Below are positions 57,109 to 64,000 of a stretch of 64,000 bases of DNA, piece by piece. Position numbers and translations under genes: made by a program. The stretch lies in NCBI GenBank assembly GCA_024275115.1, contig JAJRZT010000065.1:4955-68954 (forward strand). The letters run 5' to 3'. Each line of letters opens with the position of its first letter. Position 1 is the stretch's first letter. The stretch is from Gammaproteobacteria bacterium. Its GTDB lineage: Bacteria; Pseudomonadota; Gammaproteobacteria; UBA6429; Thiohalophilaceae. Below the pieces are notes generated by a model. The model made no database searches and was not told the origin of the DNA. It worked only from the letters and a program-made list of their open reading frames with translations.

Positions 57109-58119
57109 ATGCCCGTCATGCCAAAGCCCAGACAGCACCCAGCCACACTCGTTGACCCGAACGGTCGTCAAATTAAATACCTTCGTGTTTCGGTAACCGA
57201 CCGCTGTGACCTGCGTTGCAATTATTGCCTTCCTAAAGGTTTCAACGACTTTCAAGAGCCCTCAGACTGGTTAAGCTTTGACGAAACTACCCGCATTATT
57301 GCTGCTTTTGCCCGGCTTGGTGCCACTCAGGTGCGCCTCACCGGTGGCGAGCCACTTGTCCGGCATAACTTCTCAGAATTAGTGACCAAAATCACTTCCA
57401 TTCCCGAGCTCAGCGATCTGTCGCTAAGCACCAATGCCACTCGACTGGCCAAACAAGCCGTCAACTTAAAACGCGCGGGTATTGAACGCATTAATGTCAG
57501 CCTGGATAGTCTGGATGCCGATAAATTTAAACAAATTACTCAGGGTAAATTACAAAAAGTACTTGATGGCTTACAAGCGGCCAAGCAAGCAGGCATTAGC
57601 CCCATAAAAATCAATATGGTTGTAATGAAAGGCGTGAATGATGACGAAGTGCAAGACATGGTGAACTACTGCATTGAAAATGATTTTACCCTGCGTTTTA
57701 TTGAAACCATGCCAATGGGCAACACCGGGCGCGAAGCCACTAACCAGTACATGAGCTTACAACTTGTTCGCCAGCAACTTGAAAATCATTTTGAGCTTAT
57801 CCCCACGCAAATGAAAGGTGGCGGCCCGGCACGTTATTACCAAATAGCTAATACTCAAATCAATATTGGTTTTATTACCCCTATTTCGCAACATTTTTGT
57901 GAAACCTGTAACCGGGTTCGCTTAACAGTCGATGGAACTTTACACCTTTGTTTAGGTCAAGAACATAGTTACCCTTTGCGCGACTTACTGCGTAGTGGCA
58001 TCAGTGATGCAGAACTGGAACAACATATTATAAAAGCGATAGCTTTAAAACCGGAGAACCATGAATTTTCTGAGAACCCCACAAAACTTGTCCGTTTTAT
58101 GTCACAAACAGGCGGCTAG
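57109..58119 (+). CDS. moaA: GTP 3',8-cyclase MoaA
   Basis: YLRVSVTDRCDLRCNYC, FCETCNRVRLT, C-terminal MSQTGG. Confidence 0.95.
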   Translation: MPVMPKPRQHPATLVDPNGRQIKYLRVSVTDRCDLRCNYCLPKGFNDFQEPSDWLSFDETTRIIAAFARLGATQVRLTGGEPLVRHNFSELVTKITSIPELSDLSLSTNATRLAKQAVNLKRAGIERINVSLDSLDADKFKQITQGKLQKVLDGLQAAKQAGISPIKINMVVMKGVNDDEVQDMVNYCIENDFTLRFIETMPMGNTGREATNQYMSLQLVRQQLENHFELIPTQMKGGGPARYYQIANTQINIGFITPISQHFCETCNRVRLTVDGTLHLCLGQEHSYPLRDLLRSGISDAELEQHIIKAIALKPENHEFSENPTKLVRFMSQTGG

Positions 58120-58618
58120 GCACACATTCAAAAATAATGCGCACAAGCTGCTATTGAGTTTATTTGCACTGTTTTTATTAATCCCCGTTAACAGCTATGC
58201 GGAAGCTGGAACAAACCTGGAAGATGTTCTTAAATTAAAGACCCCACCCCCAGGTGTTATCATTGAGATTGTTACTGACGATGAGAATAATCTGGACTGG
58301 GCTCTGCCACGTGCAGAAGAGTACATTCAACAACTACGTGAAAAATTCCCAGACCTCCCTCTTGCTATTGTCAGCCATGGCCCCGAACAATTTGCTTTAA
58401 CTGAAAAAAATCAGCACGAAAATAAAGAAATACACCAGCTGGTTAAGTCATTAGGCAAGGCTGATGTGCCGGTTCACATATGTGAAACCTTTGCCGGCTG
58501 GCGAGGTTTGGCCGCAGAAGATTTCCCTGACTACGTTAATGTCGCTGCTGCCGGCCCGGCGCAAGTAAATGACTATATTGCGATTGGTTATGAGTTGATT
58601 ATTATTGATGAAGAGTAA
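58061..58618 (+). CDS. DsrE/DsrF-like exported protein (start uncertain, probably downstream of the moaA stop)
   Basis: Signal-like LLSLFALFLLIPVNSYA; IVSHGPE, VHICET. Confidence 0.6.
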   Translation: MNFLRTPQNLSVLCHKQAARHTFKNNAHKLLLSLFALFLLIPVNSYAEAGTNLEDVLKLKTPPPGVIIEIVTDDENNLDWALPRAEEYIQQLREKFPDLPLAIVSHGPEQFALTEKNQHENKEIHQLVKSLGKADVPVHICETFAGWRGLAAEDFPDYVNVAAAGPAQVNDYIAIGYELIIIDEE

Positions 58619-58620
58619 TG

Positions 58621-60360
58621 CTACATAATCTGGTATACGGTTGCCATTTCACTGTTAAATGTTTTTACACAGTTGCGACCACGCTTTTTCGCTTCATACA
58701 TTGCAACATCAACCTTGTGTAAAACATTTCGAACATCCATATCTTCGGATAATATTTCACTATAAATGCCAATACTCACCGTTACCTGTAAGCACGTATT
58801 CCGCCAGTTAATCCGTAAATCTTCAATTGCCTGACGGATTTGATTTGCCCGCGACATCGCAACACGATGATCACAACACAACCTTAAGACAAACTCATCA
58901 CCAGCATAACGTGCAGCAACGTCACCCTTACGCATAAACTGTTCAAGCTTACGTGCAACGTGCGTCAATACTTCATCACCGGCTGCATGCCCGTAGTTAT
59001 CGTTAATCGTTTTAAAATTATCAATATCAAAAAGTAATATTGATAAATGCCCTGAATTATCCTCACGGTGTGACAGCGCATCGGATAAATCCATTTCAAA
59101 ATAACGACGGTTGGCTAACGAGGTTAAAAAATCACTTCTAACCGTTTCCTCTAATTTACTATTCGCAACCCGTAGCTTTTTAGTTGCATCATTAATTCTG
59201 TATTGAAGGTTGCGGTTAAGTTCTGCCACTTCACTTTTTGTATGCTGCAAACCTCGCACCAGTGATTTCATCGCAAAGCCTAATTGCTTCGCTTCGCGTG
59301 GTTCATAGTCCATGGGGTAATCAATGTCACCATCTAAATCATTATCCAGCAACTTCTGGCTTGCGGCAGCTAAACGGTTAATAGGCCGAGTGATCCAACC
59401 CGAAATAAGCACACCAATAATAATCGCAACAATTAAACCCAACCCTCCCCATAAATAATTGGAGTACATAAACTGGCTAACTTGCGCAGCCACTTCACTT
59501 TTTGGTTGTGGCACCATAATACCCCAGCCTGTACCAGGTACCGATGCATAGCCAGCAACCATGTCCTGCTTGATAAACGATGAATAAAATTCGGTTACGC
59601 CCTGCTTACCCGCCATCATGGCCTGCACCACAGGCCAGCTGCTCAGATCTTTCATTTCGACCATCCATTCCGGATTAGGATGCGCAATCACCCGCCCGTT
59701 TTGGTCAACAATCGCAGAATGCCCACGCTGGCCAAATTTTATTTGCTGGCGTATTTTTTCAATCAGGCTAACGCGTAATTCAGCTAATAAAACACCCATT
59801 AGTGAGCCTTGTGCAGTAAATACCGGCATACCCATAATAATGGTGGGCTTTAAATTAAACGGGCTGGGTTTTATACCTGAAATATATTGCTCATCCGTCT
59901 GACGTACAAACAAAAAACTACGTTCGGCTGTAAAAAGGTTCGCCGAAACAGACTTATTACCCATGGATACGTCATCGGCCACTTTATACGCCAACATTTT
60001 CCCCTCCGCATCCACATACGCTATCGATGCAAAGCCCTTTAGCTTATCAACCGTGGTATTCATAACCGCTGTGAGCTGCTCGGGGTTTTTAAGAACAGGC
60101 TTAATCGTTTCAGACAAAAGACTGAGAGAGGCAAAATGATCCTCAACATAAATTTGAACAGGAGAAGTCAGGTTTTCGGCAAGCAGCTGGTGTTTTTCGC
60201 GGATTTCGCGCCAGCCGTTATCCCAGGCCGTTTTATTCAGGTGTACCGCAAGCAGACTTATCGGTAATAGTGCAGTAATAACCATCACTAAAATAAGCAA
60301 ACGGTTCACTGGTTGAGACAAAATTCGCTGGAACAACATGATTAAACCCCATAAAATCAT
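58621..60360 (-). CDS. Diguanylate cyclase with Cache and HAMP domains
   Basis: Two TMs, IVDQNGRVIAHP, ITRPI..L, DFLTSLANRR, DIDNFK.IND.YGH..GD, RYAGDEF. Confidence 0.88.
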   Translation of the reverse strand: MILWGLIMLFQRILSQPVNRLLILVMVITALLPISLLAVHLNKTAWDNGWREIREKHQLLAENLTSPVQIYVEDHFASLSLLSETIKPVLKNPEQLTAVMNTTVDKLKGFASIAYVDAEGKMLAYKVADDVSMGNKSVSANLFTAERSFLFVRQTDEQYISGIKPSPFNLKPTIIMGMPVFTAQGSLMGVLLAELRVSLIEKIRQQIKFGQRGHSAIVDQNGRVIAHPNPEWMVEMKDLSSWPVVQAMMAGKQGVTEFYSSFIKQDMVAGYASVPGTGWGIMVPQPKSEVAAQVSQFMYSNYLWGGLGLIVAIIIGVLISGWITRPINRLAAASQKLLDNDLDGDIDYPMDYEPREAKQLGFAMKSLVRGLQHTKSEVAELNRNLQYRINDATKKLRVANSKLEETVRSDFLTSLANRRYFEMDLSDALSHREDNSGHLSILLFDIDNFKTINDNYGHAAGDEVLTHVARKLEQFMRKGDVAARYAGDEFVLRLCCDHRVAMSRANQIRQAIEDLRINWRNTCLQVTVSIGIYSEILSEDMDVRNVLHKVDVAMYEAKKRGRNCVKTFNSEMATVYQIM

Positions 60361-60528
60361 CCACGAAATGTGATGCAGTTCACACTATACCGGCATTTTT
60401 GGTTATTAAATAGCCAACTTAGGCTTAGGTTATATAATTCAATCTCACTAAACAACATAACCAATTGATTTTAAACAAATTATCTAAAGAGGAAAAATCA
60501 CAAAAACCTGAATAAAGTAAGGTTAAAC

Positions 60529-61326
60529 TTACTTCAATAGCAGTATTACCGCAATAATGAGTAAACCCACAGCAAACACCCTTTGCAGAATCACCTCAGG
60601 CAAACGATGCGCGCAACGCGCACCGAGCGGTGCGAGCAAAACACTGAATAACCCCACAGCAACAAACGCCGGCAGATAAACAAAACCGATGCTGTACTCC
60701 GGCAGCAATAAATTTCCCGCCCCCGCCCACACAAAAAACAAGCTACCAGCAATAGCGATGGGCAAACCCAGCGCGGCCGATGTTGCTATCGCCTTTCGAA
60801 TCGGCAGACCGTTCCAACGGAAAAAGGGCACACTCAGGGTTCCACCGCCAATCCCAACCAGCGCAGAAACCATACTGATAAAAATTGCAACCCACGTTAA
60901 CCCAAAATTCCCGGGCAAGCGAGTGCTATGTACTTTAGTTTGTGCATTGCTTAAAAGTTTAAAAGCAACAAACATTTCAAACAGTGCGAAAGTCATCTTT
61001 AGCATGTCGGCCTTCAAGTTTTTTGCCAACAAAGCGCCCAGCAATGCACCAATAAAAATACCCGCCACCATCCGTTTAACCGTAGACCATTGCACCGCAC
61101 CATGCGCATGGTGTGTCCGTGCAGAAGAAATCGATGTTAATATAATGGTGGCCAGCGAAGTGCCAATCGCAAGGTGCATGCTAATGGCTGGGTCAAAACC
61201 CTGTAAGAAAAAACAATACATTAAGGCAGGCACAATAATCAACCCACCGCCAACACCAAACAGCCCCGCAAGAAAGCCTGCAGTTGTTCCGGTAACCACG
61301 TAGAGGAAAAGAATAGACAAACTCAA
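60529..61326 (-). CDS. Sulfite exporter TauE/SafE family protein
   Basis: AGLFGVGGG..IVP, A.GTSLA, GIGGG..SVP, AIATSAA. Confidence 0.88.
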   Translation of the reverse strand: MSLSILFLYVVTGTTAGFLAGLFGVGGGLIIVPALMYCFFLQGFDPAISMHLAIGTSLATIILTSISSARTHHAHGAVQWSTVKRMVAGIFIGALLGALLAKNLKADMLKMTFALFEMFVAFKLLSNAQTKVHSTRLPGNFGLTWVAIFISMVSALVGIGGGTLSVPFFRWNGLPIRKAIATSAALGLPIAIAGSLFFVWAGAGNLLLPEYSIGFVYLPAFVAVGLFSVLLAPLGARCAHRLPEVILQRVFAVGLLIIAVILLLK

Positions 61327-61468
61327 AAGTTTTTACTCGATTTATACTAAATTATTTAGTTGAACCTACCTTATCCAGATTGTTTTAGTATTAACAAATT
61401 CTATATAATAGTATATAAGCAATGGACTACTGAAAGTTAATCTTTAGCCAAATAGTGATAAACAGAAA

Positions 61469-62698
61469 ATGAGCATAAAAATTTACGCCGTTGGCGGCTT
61501 TGTCCGTGATCAGTTACTTGGCATTACCAGTAAAGATAAAGACTGGGTAGTGGTGGGTGCAACAGCAGAACAAATGCTGGCACAGGGCTATAAAGCCGTA
61601 GGGAAAGATTTTCCGGTTTTTTTGCACCCGAAAACAAAACAGGAATATGCATTAGCGCGCACTGAGCGTAAAACAGCCGCAGGCTACACTGGCTTTAGCT
61701 TTAATGCCAATACCAATGTGACTCTTGAAGATGACTTAATGCGCAGAGACTTAACGGTTAATGCCATTGCTCAGGATGAACAAGGCAATATTATCGATCC
61801 CTACAATGGCCAGCAGGATATAAAAGATCGTATTCTGCGCCATGTTTCCCCCGCCTTTGTTGAAGACCCTTTACGCGTGCTGCGCGTTGCCCGTTTTGCC
61901 GCACGGTTTGCTTATCTGGGGTTCACGGTTGCAGAGGAAACACGCTTGCTGATGCAACAAATTGTTCAATCCGGCGAAATTGACTCGCTGGTTGCCGAGC
62001 GTGTATGGCAGGAACTGCACGCAACACTACAAACCCGCAACCCAGAAGTTTTTTTTGAATTATTACGAGAATGCGGCGCATTAAAGATATTACTACCGGA
62101 ACTGGACTGCCTGTTTGGTGTACCACAAACAAAAGAATATCACCCTGAAATTGACACTGGTATTCATACCTTAATGGTACTGGAGCAAGCCGTAAAATTA
62201 AGCACTGAACCTGATATTCGTTTTGCCGCACTGCTGCATGATCTTGGCAAAGGGCTGACACCAAAAAATGAATTACCAAAACATATCGGCCATGAGCACC
62301 GTGGTATTAAACCGGTTAAACAGGTATGCAATCGATTTAAAACACCGAAGTCTTTTCGTGAACTTGCACTGATTGTGACTGAATACCATTTAAACTATCA
62401 CCGCATTGAAGAATTAAAACCTAAAACGGTGGTTAAATATTTACAGCTGATGGATGCCTTTCGCCGCCCCGAGCGTTTTGAAAAATTTTTACTGGCCTGC
62501 GAAGCCGATTCACGTGGCCGCACTGGTTTAGAAAATAAAAAATTTAAACAACCCATAATATTTCGTGACTATTTTAAAGCAGCCAACGGGGTCGATTATT
62601 CAGAATTAAAAGAACAGGGCTTACAGGGAAAAGATTTTGCAGTAGCGTTAAACCTACTTAGAACAAAGGCTATCGCTAACATAAAGAATTTTAATTAA
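61469..62698 (+). CDS. cca: Multifunctional CCA-adding enzyme
   Basis: VGGFVRD.LL...KDKDWVVVG, RRDLTVNA, EDPLRVLRVARF, HD domain (LLHDLGK). Confidence 0.95.
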   Translation: MSIKIYAVGGFVRDQLLGITSKDKDWVVVGATAEQMLAQGYKAVGKDFPVFLHPKTKQEYALARTERKTAAGYTGFSFNANTNVTLEDDLMRRDLTVNAIAQDEQGNIIDPYNGQQDIKDRILRHVSPAFVEDPLRVLRVARFAARFAYLGFTVAEETRLLMQQIVQSGEIDSLVAERVWQELHATLQTRNPEVFFELLRECGALKILLPELDCLFGVPQTKEYHPEIDTGIHTLMVLEQAVKLSTEPDIRFAALLHDLGKGLTPKNELPKHIGHEHRGIKPVKQVCNRFKTPKSFRELALIVTEYHLNYHRIEELKPKTVVKYLQLMDAFRRPERFEKFLLACEADSRGRTGLENKKFKQPIIFRDYFKAANGVDYSELKEQGLQGKDFAVALNLLRTKAIANIKNFN

Positions 62699-62751
62699 TA
62701 CCCGTTTTGTATAAGTTTGATTTTTTATGTTATTACTGAGTAATATTGTCG

Positions 62752-62800
62752 TGCTTACTGCTCGCAATGACCTGGTTTTTTTCATTGCAAGCAGTCAGCA
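62752..62800. repeat. Palindromic element with CTCGCAATGAC core (REP-like remnant, possible bidirectional terminator)
   Basis: TGCTTACTGCTCGCAATGA...TCATTGCAAGCAGTCAGCA between convergent cca and uppP. Confidence 0.5.
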
Positions 62801-62838
62801 ATTTGTTTTCTTATATGAGACCGAGGTTAATCACATCG

Positions 62839-63636
62839 TTATAAAAAAATAACAAGCAGCACAATACCCAGTACAAAGCGATATATAACAAACGGCATCA
62901 TTCCTACCCGTTCTAAAAAGGCTAAAAACACATGGATGCAGGCATAAGCGATTATGCCGGATAAAAATACACCCAGGAATATCTCACTCCAGTTAACCAC
63001 ATGCCCATTCTGTATTAACTGCAAGGATTTATAACTGCCTGATGCTAAAATAGCCGGGATAGACAACAGGAAAGAAAAACGCGCTGCCGCAGTTCGGCTT
63101 AAGCCTAATAAAAGTGCGGCGGTCATGGTAATACCGGAGCGCGATGTACCGGGGATAAGTGCCAGTGCCTGTGCAAAGCCGATAATCAGAATGTCACGCC
63201 AGGATAAACTATGTTCATCACGTTGCCGCGAACCTTGAACATCGGCAAGCCATAGAAGCGCACCAAAACCAATCGTAGTATAAGCAATAACCATTGGCGA
63301 ACGTAAGGTACTGTCAATAATATCGCTAAACAACAAGCCTGCAATCATAACCGGAATGGTGCCAAAAATAACGGCCCAGGCTAGGCGACTTTCACCCACA
63401 CGCTTACGCTTGACACAGGACGCGCTCCAGTCAACCGCCATCGCCGTGACTTCTTTTTTAAAATACAGCATCACCGCAGAGAGTGTGCCGACATGAACGG
63501 CAATATCAAAAGCCAGCCCCTGATCCTGCCAGCCAGTGGCAATCGGCACCAAAATTAAATGCGCGGAACTTGAAATGGGTAAAAATTCGGTAAAGCCCTG
63601 TACTAAAGCTAAAGTAATAATTTGTATTAACGTCAT
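62839..63636 (-). CDS. uppP: Undecaprenyl-diphosphate phosphatase
   Basis: QGFTEFLPISSSAHL, PGTSRSGITM, AARFSFLLSIP. Confidence 0.95.
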   Translation of the reverse strand: MTLIQIITLALVQGFTEFLPISSSAHLILVPIATGWQDQGLAFDIAVHVGTLSAVMLYFKKEVTAMAVDWSASCVKRKRVGESRLAWAVIFGTIPVMIAGLLFSDIIDSTLRSPMVIAYTTIGFGALLWLADVQGSRQRDEHSLSWRDILIIGFAQALALIPGTSRSGITMTAALLLGLSRTAAARFSFLLSIPAILASGSYKSLQLIQNGHVVNWSEIFLGVFLSGIIAYACIHVFLAFLERVGMMPFVIYRFVLGIVLLVIFL

Positions 63637-63662
63637 GCGGCTTCCTATGCAATAAACAATAA

Positions 63663-64000
63663 TTATAAATGATCGCGCATGTCTTTAAAATGAAAAGCGG
63701 CCAGCTCAGCCTGGCAGTTTTTACTAAAACCGATTACTTTTACAAGTTCTCCCATCTCATAGGGCATGGTAAGTTTTTTTACCTGATTAGCCAGTTCCAT
63801 TTGTGCGGCAATATTATTTTGTTCAATGTATTCACTCGCAGCTAGTTCAGTTAATGCCGCAAGACCGGCTCCTAACAAAAAGTTTGACTGACACGTATAA
63901 CCGGCCACGCTCAGTCCATTGTCTATCGCACAGTCGGCCAGTGCAGTAAAATCAATGTGTGCGGTTAAATCCTGTAAGCCGGGATAACTAAAAGGATTGC
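63663..64000 (-). CDS. SAM-dependent methyltransferase (MidA/NDUFAF7 family), C-terminal part, 5' end outside the window
   Basis: Reading frame extends to the edge: PGLQDLTAHIDF.AL...GY..Q..FL...MGEL.KV. Confidence 0.8.
   Translation of the reverse strand, partial: NPFSYPGLQDLTAHIDFTALADCAIDNGLSVAGYTCQSNFLLGAGLAALTELAASEYIEQNNIAAQMELANQVKKLTMPYEMGELVKVIGFSKNCQAELAAFHFKDMRDHL

Overview
This window looks like chromosomal DNA of a chemolithotrophic sulfur-oxidising gammaproteobacterium (inferred from gene content). From ~14.2 kb to the end it is AT-richer core-like DNA. It carries sat, oxyR/prx-grx, a czcCA-type efflux unit, qmoAB-hdrCB, soeABC, the rubrerythrin/Fe-S oxidoreductase/DUF3501 triad, ccmABCDEFGHI, an ECF sigma/anti-sigma pair, moaA, cca and uppA/uppP-type genes. 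The first ~14.1 kb is a visibly GC-richer block and the best candidate for an undescribed system. It has two back-to-back sigma54 promoters with a shared repeated upstream motif. The leftward unit encodes two small membrane peptides and a CydA (cytochrome bd subunit I)-like protein cut by the window edge. The rightward operon encodes a HEAT-repeat protein, an exported cupredoxin-like protein, a tiny membrane peptide, a 2xUSP + 5xPCP_red protein with a Cys-Pro motif, an AhbD/NirJ-like radical SAM-SPASM enzyme with its own PCP_red domain, HemY, a small membrane protein, and a Cache/PAS kinase with an NtrC-type activator. Other signals read from the sequence include a His-rich RAPP-motif leader ORF upstream of the efflux genes, twin mirror-image ECF promoters, an Irr/PerR-like operator, an FNR-like class II promoter, MITE/REP-like elements, and two single-base frameshifts in short homopolymers (possibly sequencing errors). 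All family assignments come from motif recognition by eye, not from database searches.
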